From the NCBI GenBank assembly GCA_012295275.1, contig CM022665.1, positions 2,914,001 through 2,978,000 of the forward strand: a stretch of 64,000 nucleotides of DNA. Reading direction: 5' to 3'. The notes beneath the pieces are model-generated. The model was not told the origin of the DNA, did no database searches, and saw nothing but the letters and a program-made list of their open reading frames with translations. This stretch comes from Chrysomallon squamiferum. Its lineage: Eukaryota > Animalia > Mollusca. Both the position numbers and the translations under genes were made by a program. Shown here piece by piece: positions 10,801 through 24,506 of this stretch (position 1 is its first letter; every line of letters begins with the position of its first letter).

Positions 10801-13800
10801 ACACCCATGAGTGCGTTGACAGTGAAACGTACGAGATAATTATCAGCTTACTTTTTTTCTCTCTCTCTTCAGACTGTTAAAACAGTGGGTCGTGTTTCTG
10901 TGTCATAATCCACGCTTTCATTCTCGCCAAAGCTAACATTCATGACATCTCCCAAACACTCCGATCTCCAGCACGCTTCTACGATCTTAAAAAAAATATA
11001 AAAAAAAAAAAAAAAAAATATATATATTTCTTTTGTTTTCCCCCATTGTCCGTCAAGCAAATATACTTTCTGAGTCTTATGATAGAATTTCTCATTATTT
11101 ATCACTGCGTAACCGAAACCACGGAACGAACAATACGTTCAAAGTGGATACAGATATCGGTTTTCTGGAAGGTTAAAACAGAGAACATTCAGACGTGTTT
11201 TAAACGTTTGTCTCGCGTCCCACGTGTTGAAGCAGAGGGCTAATAAAGGATAAGCCGTAGGCTGCGTTTCAAATTTTACACATTTTTTTGTAAAGAAGTT
11301 TCCTCTTGAATTTTAATCTACCCTCAAATCACGTTTGGCTCATACGATTTATTGTTATCGCGTTATCCGCAACGCTTTGATCGCTCATGTATGTCCGGGT
11401 ATCTCACAATCTTACAGTTTCCTTCTGTCTAAGGTCATGTAACCCTAGGGACGAGTTTAGGTTTTGTTTAGCTATTTTTTGTTTTGTTTTTTGGAATTTT
11501 TTTTTTTTTTTTTTAAAAACAGTTTTTTTTTTTTTTTTTTTTAGGTAAGTATTCTGTACTGTAAATCACACTGCGGTGAGGATAAGCTGATTTAAAGTGA
11601 GAAGACTCAGTAACGACCAGTCTGCAATGTTTTGGGCGGTTCGGCTGATACTTGTGTAAGATAATATTCACTTAATTTAAGGCAAAAAATACACCTTAAA
11701 GCCCTTTGATCGCCGCAGGAGAAAAAGAGGTGCGCAAAATGGCACCTCCGCTCAAAAGGTTGAAAACGTAAACGAAACGGTGAACACGAATAGCTGATAA
11801 AAAGATGGTCACCTAATATGTCCTCTCCAGTTTAAAAATCATGTCATCTGTTACAGATTAACCGTGCATTGATCAAACGTTCTGCAATTTTATATTTCTT
11901 TCCTTTTTTTCTTTCTTTTTTTTTTTTTTTTTTTTTTTTTTTTAGCTTCCTTAATTTTTTTTTTTTTTTTTTTTTATTATTTGATTTTCTTCCTTTCGAC
12001 TTTATAATTTTAAAACTTTTTTTTTTTTGTTTGTTTTGATCTGGTCTCTTTTTGGTGACTGTTTTTTATAAAAGAAACTACTAAAAACTGTCGAATATTG
12101 TAATAGATATCAATGAGCTCGTAACTTTGCAGCGAAAAGAAAAGAAGTAAATAAATTAAAACACAACAAAGTTATACGTAGCGGTGTATTAGACAAAAGA
12201 CTGTCTCGAATGTCGTGTAACAGGTGTTTACAATCTATTGTTGTTCTTAATCTATAGTTTAAAAGAGATTTAGATATCGCACTCATTGGCAGTTGGTTTT
12301 TTGGGTTGTTTTTTTTTTTTTTGCAGACTGAAACAAGGCTGAAATATATGGAATTTTGTGACAGACGCACCAGAAACGTTAACAATAATAACCTTTAAGT
12401 CAACATGATAATCAAATGACTCAGTCGTTAAGCGGACTTAATTGTGGTAGATAGTTAGGTCGAATCTTGCTAAAGGTTCCTTCTGAAGTACACTAGCTGT
12501 GACGTATATGACACCTCCATTATACATATATATATATATATATCTGTTTTTTTTCTTCTTCTTTAAATAAACATTACTGATGTCTGTGATCTACTATCCT
12601 CAATCCTGGAATGCTGGCCGAAGATAAACATGATTTTCCCAGTCTTCTCTCAGTTATTAATGATAGTGTAACAGAATATAAATTTACGTACAAAGTCACG
12701 ATTCTTTTCATTTATTTATTTATTTATTTATTGTTATTGTTGTCATGATGTCCAAGCTAGTAATAATATCATTAGAACGGACAGTAAAACAAAACTTACT
12801 TTATTTACTGTCTAAATAATGGGCCATTTATTTACTGATTCCACCCTTTCCTTACTCTCTGTTTCTGAAGTAAAAATGAAATATGTATAATAAAACACAA
12901 TAAGTAACAACGAAAGATTAAAATTTAAATATACGTGTTTACGCGTTACTATTCGACCGGTGGCTACTGATAACCTTTATCTGTTTTCCAAAGCGAGGTG
13001 TGTAATTGCTGTGAAGCATTGTCTCCCCTCTCACTCTAACTGACCGAAGCGTCATAAAGTGTGTATCATAATGGAAAACTAAAATAAGTAAACTATTATC
13101 CACCTCGCTTTGATTATCTACAAAGAAACATCGTAAACCCATTAAACTAAATTCGTTCTCAGGGGCAAAGCCTTTGGGAATCATTGGCTTTTGGTACTAC
13201 AAGCCGCCATCTTTAGATAACTTGATAACGACTGGGAAACACAACCCCCCGCGGTATAGCTTATGTTCAAATATTTGTATCGTCACCTTCGATATTTTCA
13301 CCAGTTAAATGGGTTTAAGCCAAAGGCGAAAAAGATTTTATGATCCACCTATCGCTCTATTGTTTTCTTTTAAAGCATTCTCTGGTTTCACTCGTTTCGT
13401 CTATGGGAAATTATAATTTTACAAACAAACAACAAAACCAAAAAACTTTCCTTAATTGTCGCGTTTTATTAGAGTCGCGGTCTTGTTCCCATGCCCGGTT
13501 TATACTTTACGAATAATTAATTCGTTTATGGTTGGAAATTATAAAGCATCAATCACCATTTGACATAAGACCGTGAAGAAATTTAATAATGCTTTAATAA
13601 AAAAGTGTGCAGTCAATCATCCAGGTATGACTGGTGTTAGAAAAGTATCTGTTTCAAGTACATTGAAAACAGCAAACGTGTTTATCTGAAATAACATGTT
13701 TTATTTTCCCTTGATAACTTTATCGTTTTTTATTTTTTTTATCTCATTTCTTCATCGGTGGAAAATATCCATCTTATATCCTCTTCCTCTTCTACTTTTT

Positions 13801-14891
13801 CTTTTTATTACTATTACAATAATAATTATTATTATATATTATTATTATTATTAATATCATCATTTTCATCATCATCATCATAATTATCATTATTATTAGT
13901 AGTATTATTATTATCTTTATTTTTTTTTTGTTATTGTTGTTGCAGCTGCTCTTGTTGTTATGTTGTTGTTGTAGTCGTTGTGTTTGTTTTTACTATTGTT
14001 ATCAAGATTAATTATTTTACTAATTTACTTAGAAAATACGTGAATGCTTTGACATCCGGTAATTTTATCATACTATGATGTGACTTAAGTAATTTTACAA
14101 AGTTAGGTTGTTTGTTTTTTTTTAACTGAAAATTAATACGAGTATCAAAGGAAAATTTAAACTCTACTTTTTCACAAAAAACATTTTTTTTTTTGTGTCA
14201 TTTTCTTATCGAAAAACAATTTTTCACACACGAAATCTGGGCGACAAAAATATTTTTTTTTTTTTTTGTCTCTCTCGATATAAATTCTTAAGAAAAAAAA
14301 AACCAACAACATTATAATGCTAAGTGTAATCCTAAGTTTCTTGTTCTGTGGAAAACCAGTAGGTTATCCTTTGACAGTACCGAACTTTTGTATTATTTGT
14401 CGAATATATTGCTTGATAATTTGAAATAATTCTTTTAAATTTATCCTACCACAGACATAAAATACAAGGTTAAGAAAAAATAAAAATAAAAGGAATTTAA
14501 AACTGACAATACTATCAACACTATTAACACTGCATTTTGCGTTCATTAGCAGTTTCATGTTGCACTACTTTACCATAAAACTCAGTAATCGCTTGTGAAG
14601 TCCCTCGACGTGTAAGCGATCCGCCATTCCACCCCGATATAAAAGAAGACGAATCGCGATCATATATTTCATGACAAGAAATGGGATGGCTGTTAATGAG
14701 TTTGTCTTTTGAAAATATTCCTTTGAAAAGAACGGTCAAAGGGGATAATGATAGTGTTTTCAAACAGCCCTTACACCTCCGGTACCCGACAAAAGCACAC
14801 GGTGTTTTTTTTGGGAGAAAACGGATCAGAAGATGGTATTGATGATTTTGTTCCTGTCCCCGTTTCTCCTTCCTGCTGTTTCCAGTTTTCA

Positions 14892-14999
<108 letters not shown>

Positions 15000-15851
15000 C
15001 TCCCACCTCGTCCCCAGACACAGACGCCACACCTTTTTTAACCACCACTGCCGTTTTCTGGTGCAACATGCGACAATGGCAAAGAAAATCTCTTACACTT
15101 AGTTCCTGTAATTTGTGCTGTGTTATGTCATGTAAACGTTTAAATAGTCACAAGCCATAAATCTGACATCTGCTGTGTTTAATTTAAAAAAATCTCAGAA
15201 GAGATGGCTGCTGATAGCTATAAAGTTACAGAGTGGAAGGTGAAAATGAAAAGTGAAAAATATTTCTTAATCGAAAAAAAAAAAAAAAAACAAACACAAA
15301 AAACCCACATTTATAATAATAAAAAATGAAGTTTTATATTAAATAGAATTTAACTGTTTTTGTTTTAATTTCTAGATTTTCAAATAAAAAAAAAAAAAAA
15401 AACAAAACAAACAAAAAGAAAAAAAGTATATTTAAACTGAATCCATCTTTTATTAATAAATACAGTAATTTTTAATGAAGGATAGTTTTCTTTGTTGTCA
15501 AAAATAGATAAATATAAAAATAATATTTCAATCATTTCAGAACTCTTTGATTTTGTTGTAAGTAATTATATCCAGATTTGTATGTGTTAAAATACGCACA
15601 CGTCAACCAAAAACTATTTATACATAAAATTATGACAGAAATTTAACATTTTGTTATCGATGATAATTATTAAAACTGTCTGTTTTGTCGTAGTCAGTTC
15701 ACTTCATTTATCATCAAAAAAAAATATTTCTTAGACATTTGTATCATCATCGTAATTGTTACAGTTATTACAGACTCGAAATTCAGAAATAATTTCAGTT
15801 TATATTCCCACATAGTCTAAAACCTAGCATTATTACATTGATAGACAATAA

Positions 15852-15899
<48 letters not shown>

Positions 15900-16667
15900 T
15901 GTATGTGTGTGTGTGCGCGCGCGCGTGTACATATACATATATATATATATATATACACATGCATTGTATATATTATTAAATTATGTTTTATTTGTTTTCT
16001 GGTGACAGTATCAGTAATACTGAAAGATAATCGATTGTTCTGTTTATTGAAAATCATATTGATGTTATAAGATGCAAGGTTTACAATAAATGAGACACGT
16101 TTCCAGTATGTGTTTTCTGTTTGTCAATAATGTCGAAATTTCCCCCCAAATCTCTCAGCTGCTGTTTGATACGCAAGTCAGCAAATATGCTGAATATAAT
16201 GTGATTCTTATTCCTGATTTCCATCTAAAATAGTGTCATAGATAAGAATAAATGTTGAAGACGGGGAGAGAAAAATTGCTGAGCTGAGCGCGTTTTTTGT
16301 CATCTTAACAGAAACCAGAATGGGAGTGCGTTTTAAACATTTACCGTGAGATCAACAGTATGTCTGTTACAACAGGTTCCTAGGCACGTCTTTGTTGTAT
16401 ACGTGTTTATTTGTAAGTAAATAGACGTAAATATTTGTGTAAGAGGGAAAAAAAAGATCAGTCCCTCCTGGTTTTCGTTATAATTCGTGTTTGTTTAACT
16501 TAATATATAATCTGCAAAAGAGGTGAATCTTACAACACATTATCGGGTCACCTGCGTTAATCTTAATAAAGAACGTTTAGAAAAGCTTTGACGTCGTGTC
16601 GGATAAGTATGCGAAACAACCAGCTACATTTACCTCACAACTTTGTTCACAAATTTGTGTCTGTCAT

Positions 16668-16686
16668 GGTCCGCTAGATGGCGCCA
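16668..16686 (+). promoter_or_regulatory. CTCF-like binding motif
   Basis: GGTCCGCTAGATGGCGCCA closely matches the CTCF core CC(A/G)C(C/T)AG(A/G)(T/G)GGCGC. Confidence 0.55.
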
Positions 16687-17519
16687 CTCGTGACAGAAAG
16701 AGGGCGATTCTCTCCCGCCATCTTTGTGGTAATTGGGGGTTAGATCAGACTTGATGGACGTAGCCAAAATAATCTCATTCTGTCGGACTTTCTCTCGTAA
16801 ATGTCGTCTTTTCAGCGCAGCCTATCGCTTACAGACACACGCTGCGATAAGTCAACATCGATGTTTAAGCCGACCACGAGACCGCCTATACATCGCGTCC
16901 ACATACGTGTGGTCCTTTCATGGCGTATTAGAAAAAAAAAATAATAATAATAATAATAAAAAAAAAAAAAAAAAAAAAAATTATTATTATTATTTTTTTT
17001 TTTTTTTTTTTGGGGGATCAATTCAGTATCTGTCTAGTTTTCTTCTTCTTCTTCTATAATTTTTTCCGCTCGCCGATTTATGAAAGGTAGACTTGTATTT
17101 TGACAGGCGTCTTTTAAAACACACTACATACAATGCCCGGCTTTGAAACTGCAGCGATTCTGCAGCGCTGTTAACGGATCTCCTCTGTGGGTATAATTTT
17201 AAGAGGATGAACGTGGTGAGGATGACTATAATTCAATACCGCTACAGCCAAAACTGATACGCATTTAAAATATTTTATTATTAAGCTGATACATTTTCCG
17301 ACCGTAACCAATATTTAGCCGCCGTGTATGAAATACATCGTGTTCCTGTCAGCGGCAAAACGATGAAAGCAATCCTTCTTTTTATAACTTGCATTACTGT
17401 TAAAAAGTATCATCATCATCATCACTGTCGCCATAATCATCATCATGACCAGCATCATCACTGTATCAGCGTATCAGCAATGTTGTTGTTTTCTTCTTCT
17501 TTTTCTTATTAATATCAGT

Positions 17520-17990
17520 GTTGTTGTTGCTGCTGTTAATATTAGTGTAGTTTTGTTATTGTTGTTGTTGTTATTATTATTATTAGTAGTAGTAGTAGTA
17601 GTAATAGTGGTAGTATTGCTGTTATTGTTGTTATTATTATTAGTAGTAGTAGAAGTAGTAGTAGTAGTAGTACTGTTATTATTGTTGTTGTTATTATTAG
17701 TAGTAGTAGTACTAGCAGTAGTAATAGTGGTAGTATTATTGTTGTTGTTGTTGTTATTATTATTATTATTATTAGTAGTAGTAGTAGTAGTAGTAGTAGT
17801 ATTGCTGTTATTGTTGTTATTATTACTATTATTATTATTAGTAGTAGTAGTAGTAGTATTGCTGTTATTGTTGTTATTATTACTATTATTATTATTATTA
17901 GTAGTAGTAGTAGTAGTAGTGGTATTGTTGTTATTATTATTATAGTATGCTGCAGTAGTATTGCTGTTATTATTGTTATTATAGTTATTA
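17520..17990. repeat. Compound trinucleotide array (TTG)n(TTA)n(GTA)n with higher-order period of about 60 bp
   Basis: Alternating blocks such as gtagtattgctgttattgttgttattattactattattattattagtagtagta recur several times. Confidence 0.9.
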
Positions 17991-18653
17991 CTGCTGTAAT
18001 AAATAATTAATACTTAGTCAGTGACACATGATCGCTGAAGTCCACTAAGGAAACACGTGTCTGGCGCTGTAACTGTTATAACGGACTATTCCACGAATCG
18101 TTTACAAGCACCTCCAGGCGTTACTTTGCACATAAGACATCGGCCCGCAGTATTACTCACAAAGAATGGCTAGATACATCATGATAAGTGGCCGACTTAC
18201 ACCCCAGGGCTACCTAAACATACGCATCAGAAGATTCACAAAGCTGAAGAATGAAAGACCCTGATTTAATTTGCCTATCTGAAAGATAAACAAGAAGACA
18301 CAACTTCGAATGTCACAGATAGCACGCTGACACTAAAACTGATTTTATCTGCACGCTTTATCTCAGTATAATTTTCAGAAATTAATTTATACAGCGTAAT
18401 GTTTAAGAGTATATATCCTGGCGGTTTCGTTATCCACGATAAGAATTTTTCTGACTTGAAGATATTTTGTGATTTTTTCTAATTAGTATTAAAATATTCT
18501 TATCGGACTGCGATAGAAAAAAAAAAAATGATTCATTTTCAGTATTTTTTTTTTTTTTTTTTAACCAATTTTTTTTTTTTTTTTTTTTTTATTTAAATAT
18601 TATTTCACTTATTTGAATTATTCTTATTTTTTACATTTAAATAAGTAAAATCA

Positions 18654-18692
<39 letters not shown>

Positions 18693-19256
18693 TTAGTTAT
18701 TATTATTTTTATGAAAAACGTGATATACCCGGTTTTGGTTTATTTTTATTATTATCTTTTTATATATTTATTTATTTTACTTCTAAAAATTTCCGTTCAA
18801 TCCGGCATTTGTGATTTATTCATGGATTTTTTTTTATTATCATCATTATTATTGTTGTTGTTTGTTTGTTTGTTTGTTTGTTTGTTTTAAAATGTCTTAT
18901 TTCTAAATTTATTGATTGAGATTGTAATAAAATAGTTCTTAATCATTATGCATTTACGTTCCTTGTATACCTCTGTTGGTAAAGGTTTTTCGTATATAAT
19001 CGGGAATTTAACAAATCCAGTTAGTAAAGCACACAAAGATGTATGTATATGTATACCTGTTTTGTATTATATATCTACTACAAATTATCAAAGTAATATT
19101 AACTGTGAATTTCCAGACATCATATGTTTACTTTGATTATTTTTATTCATTCTGTTCTGTTTATTTATTTATTAATTATTATTACTACTAATTCTACTTC
19201 TACTATTGTTATTATTATTTTATTATTATAATTATTTGTTTAACTATTATTATTTT

Positions 19257-19291
<35 letters not shown>

Positions 19292-19734
19292 CTTGGATGC
19301 ATTTATTTATTTATTTAGTTACTTACATACTTACTTATTAATTTGATCGTTTATTTATGATTACTGACTACTTAATTGATTACAAAACAGACCTGACATT
19401 CATTTATATGTATAAATAAATATTTATTTTATTGTTTTCTGATTCAACAATAAGGTTGCAGTTTCAACGTTTTCTCTGTTGACTCAACTGGAAATCAAAA
19501 GTATTTTTATGATGAAAATATCTACTCGCGTGACATGCTAACAGTGGGTGTCCTTTCTTATGATTATTTTTATTGCGTAATATATACACGTTTGATAAAC
19601 TTTCAACTCAATTGTGTTTTGGTGTCGTAAAACAAATAATCATTGAAGCTAATCGCGAAGTAAATTAACTTTTCATCATTTTATTTTTTACTTTTTATTT
19701 TATTTTATTTTATTTATTATTTATTTTATTATTA

Positions 19735-19772
<38 letters not shown>

Positions 19773-22700
19773 TTTTTTTTTTTTTTTTTGATCTCATGAC
19801 GTAGAAACGTACAAGATTAGCTGGGATATTATCAAAAAAAGAGAGTAAACTAATATGATTAAGCTTGTATTGTTAAAACCGGGAAAATTTGGCGCTAACA
19901 ACACTATGTACCTTGCTAATATAAAGATTAAACATTCCATTGAACGAAAGCAAAAACAAAAAAAAACGTTGTTAATGACGTCAAAACAGTCACTGTAGCC
20001 GGGTGCGGAGTGGCTCTTGAAAGTGTCACAGCTAGCGAATGTTACGTCAAACAGAAAAGAAATCTGGGCGATTTCGCTCAGTTTAGACAGCAAATCTTTG
20101 AAGTATTATGTCTAAACACCTAGCTAGAAAAACAGCGCCAGCTGACGCGAGGAAAAGTTAGTTGTCCGCGTGTCTCGAGGACGTAATTAAGTGAGCATCA
20201 GAAAAGCAATTTAAAGCACAACGATTTGTTTTTGGCCAACGTAACACTTGTTACTGAGACTGCTGCCCCGTTCCCGTTCAGTTTTCCCGTGACATCATCT
20301 CACCCGAGTTAATGATTTCAATGCCTGTAATCTTCAACTCATTGCACATTGTTACTGCTTTTGTTCTTCGCGTTGTTTTCTCTCTTTTGTTAACGTTTTG
20401 TGTTTTTATGATGGGGAAGAACTGGAGATTGGGAGATAGAGAGCTCTGGCGACGCTATTTAAATGTTTCGTTTTCTCTTACTGATGCAGAGAACTATGAA
20501 AAAAAGATTATGTTCAGACTCTGGGAAATTTATAATACTAGTACTAATAGTAGTGGTACTAGCACTGCTGATGGTGTTAGTGGTGGTAATAATAGTAGTA
20601 GTAGCAGCAGCAGTAGCGGTAGTAGTAGTAGCAGTAGTAATAATAGTAGATTAAAATAGATTAGTGCAGATAAAACGATGTTATTTGAAATTTGAATAAA
20701 ATTACAAAAGATATCTTGTGTGTGACAGGACGTCCATTTTGTACACATGACACATATATGAAAATACACGTGCAATAACATTCGCCAGTTCTGACAAACT
20801 GAAAGTGGTGAACAGCTATGTGATCAGTAACGCATTCACTCCAAACATTTTTTTAAATTTATTTATATATATATATATATTATTTATATATTTATTTATT
20901 TATTCACAATTTTAATATACTACTACAAGTATTTATCCGGCTATGAAAACCGGTTATGATTTAAACTGGCCTCGTTTGAATTAGGTTTTCGTGACGCCAG
21001 TTCTAGTGTTGCTGTGTGATTCTTTCATGATAAGTTATTATTTATTTATCTATTTATTTATTTTATTATTATTGTTGTTATTATTATTATTATTTTTAAA
21101 AGTTTACTCTCATTTTCATTTATTATCATGCCTGAACGCAGCTTGATAATGAAAAGCGTATTCAGCAGGGGTATTATAAGTGAATTAATAAAGATCAAAG
21201 AGACTCTGCTTTAGAAGTGTATTTTTGTGTCTGTTAAATACAGCTTCAGTCTTGACTTTTCACTGTTGTTCTTTTTTATTATTATTTTAAGTAAAGATTT
21301 AGTCTGTATTCAGAAATCCAGACCACCCCTTGTCCCAAACTTGTCGAATAAATGGTTCGGTAATCTGTACTAACTTCTTCAACTGCTACTGTTACTACTG
21401 CTACTACTGCTACAACTACTACTACTAATATTACTACTACTACTGCTACTACTGCTACTGCTACTGCTACTGCTACTGCTACTACTACTACGTCTACTAT
21501 TTTTATTACTGTCACAACAAATGAAGAAAAACGTCAACGACAGCAACAACAACGACTACTGTATTTTAATGTGCAAAACACGTTTTCTCTGTTATTTCTA
21601 TATGCGAGATCGCGACTAAACATTTTTATCTTGTGACATGTTATAAATCCCTCGGAAGGAGTTACTGTTGTGCAACCCAATATGTCTGTACGTTATTCAG
21701 GTGTTGAGCTAAGAAAGACTCAGAGCACGGCGTGGTTTTTTTTGTGTGTTTTTTTTTTTTATATACGCTCGCACCATGCCCCATTCTTCAATGCGATGAT
21801 ACGGATCACACAACAAAGGTGAAAACTGAATGATTAAACAGATAACCAGACGTCGGCTTGGAATCCAACAATGCGTTATTCTTTATGATGTTACCGAAAT
21901 GAGAGGTTCGGGATGCGAGGTTAAAAAGACAGAACACTCGGGGACACACGATACACTCGACAAACCACTTATGGTTTTCAGAAAGATCGCTATAATAATT
22001 AATGCAGATGATCACTTTGTTGATGTAATCAAGCATGGATTTTCACAGCTGAATTAACCGTCTGTGTTTGGATAAATCCTCGAGTTATATTTCGTAGATA
22101 ATTTAATTCTTCGCAAAAACCCGAGGCATTTTTTTTTTTTTTTTTTTTTTTTTGTTATTAGTCTTTTTTTTCTTTTTTTTTTTTTCTAATAGAATTCTTC
22201 AACCGAAGGAGGTAAAGAAACCTTTTGAAGGTGAGGCTGGGTCAGCTGAGACATTATATTCTTTAATGAAAGAAGTACGTAGACGAAAAAATAAAATGAC
22301 TTTCCGCTTGAAAGATAGGAAAGACGATTTGTCTGATTTCTCCGTGCCGGATGCCTCACAAACGTGTGTAGAATTTGCCAAAACAAGAACATATTTTGAG
22401 ACATAATCGCTGAGAAGAAAAATTAACCCACATAATTAACAAACGTCGACTCGGGGTTTCTTCCTCAAGGCGAGCTCATCAAGACGGCGGGGGGCTCTGT
22501 TGGAATTCCCAAAACTTCTTTTATTGAAAAATTATCTTTGCTTATAGTTTATTTTCTAATAACCCTTTCAAGTGAAATGGATCCCACGTTTAATAGACGC
22601 CGGTAATTTAAAATGTAACAGCTACAACAACACGAAAACACTTTTTTTTTTTTTTTGTACGTTTTTGTGTGAAACTTGTAAAGACACAATTACACTTTCA

Positions 22701-23114
22701 GGACGCCTGTCTGTTGCGATCATTATCCTCCTCTTTCTTTGCACTAAAACAGTTAATGCCCAGAAAGGTTTACTGAAAATCTCTTAGTGTTAATTAATTG
22801 TTAATTAGCGCGTAGTTATTAAAGAACCAATGTTGCTAAAACAACAAGTCGAAGTTAAAACTCGTGAAGGAATGTACACAGTAAGTTAAGCTGTTGTGTT
22901 AGTGTTTGTGCATTGTGTACAAATTATACGTTTTAAAATTTAATCTACAAAGTGTTTGGTTGTTTTAAATTATGAAACGTGTTGTATGTTAAATCAAGCT
23001 GTCCTTGTTTTTCAAAGAAAATATTTAACAATAATATAACATGAGAAAATCAAAAAGTACTTTGGTGGATTATATACGTATTCATATTTACATATACATA
23101 TACATATGCATATA

Positions 23115-23171
<57 letters not shown>

Positions 23172-24073
23172 AATAACGAAAAAACTAAAAATATTTTTTG
23201 GTGATATTAAATACATAGCGGATTGTCGTATTACAGTTAAAGAGGAAATAAATATGTTGACAGTGTTCGTTAAGTCCTAACACCTTTGTTTTTTAATTAA
23301 TATTTTTACACTGAAGTAAATGTTCCAAAATAGTCGTGTGAGATTATAATGTGAATGTATATGTGTTGACCATATGATGTACAAGTTACGATAAACATAC
23401 GGAACACAGATTCAGATAATTTCAAAGAAGAATAAAGCTATTCTAATTAATTATTATTATTATTATTATTATTTTTTTAATATATTTTTAAAATATTTAT
23501 CAGCTAACACTCTGCAACTGCGATAATAAATTAAATTATCCTGAACGCGCCATTGTATGTAACTTACAGTGATTACTGGGGATTAGAGTTTATTTATACA
23601 CTGTGTACTTCTCATAAATAAATAAATAAAATTATCCATTTAATTGTTTTTATTTTTTTTATTATTTTTTTGTTTTAATTATAAAAATGTTCTCTTATTT
23701 TATTCCATTTCATTTTTCTGTATGAGTAGTTTTACAAAGATAAAATCCATGCAATGTTTTAAAATTATTGTTATTTTGTTGTTGTGGGTTGTTTTTTTTT
23801 GTGTTTTTTTTTTCTATGCTAACTCACCTGATCCGAGAAAGCATTAGCGAATTCAGCAAAGGGAGAAATACAATTTCCTTTATAGATAAAATGTATTAGT
23901 AAATATTGCATGAGTTCGGAAATATTGATCTGTTTCACCCATCCTTGCTTTGTTTATCTTACAGCACTGTGTGTTTCACGGAATCATCTTCAAGCGAATT
24001 ATCTTAATTAAATCAAGGAATAAACAGCCTTTGGATTTAGTAGCCCGTGACACGTCAGGCTTGGGGAACGTGG

Positions 24074-24109
<36 letters not shown>

Positions 24110-24416
24110 CCTTTATTGTAACTTTTTGGGAAATTTTCGCCCAAGGCAGAAATCCTCGACTCGGGGGAATGATCGTCAGGTTTATTACGCTTAAGGGAAA
24201 CAGCCAGTGACTTCTTTTTTATTTATTTTTTATTTTTTTTTTTAGTAATTATTCTGTGGTATGCAGATGAAAAAAAAAAGATTGTAAATGTTAGTTGTAA
24301 TAAAATATATTAAAGAAAGAATTAGTATTCAGATGTTTGTCATTATTTTTGTGCGTGTATGAATATTCCTGTGTGTGTGTGGATATATGTGCATGTATGT
24401 GAATGTTTGTTTGTGT

Positions 24417-24502
<86 letters not shown>
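24417..24502. repeat. (TG)n(AG)n microsatellite
   Basis: Direct reading. Confidence 0.97.

Positions 24503-24506
<4 letters not shown>

Noticed and set aside
17445-17945. 166-aa poly-Leu/Val 'membrane protein' ORF
   Set aside because: Translation of a compound trinucleotide microsatellite.
22152-22406. 84-aa ORF with natural-looking composition following a polypyrimidine tract
   Set aside because: No recognisable homology and no partner exons or convincing donor; more likely a regulatory island, though a small exon cannot be fully excluded.
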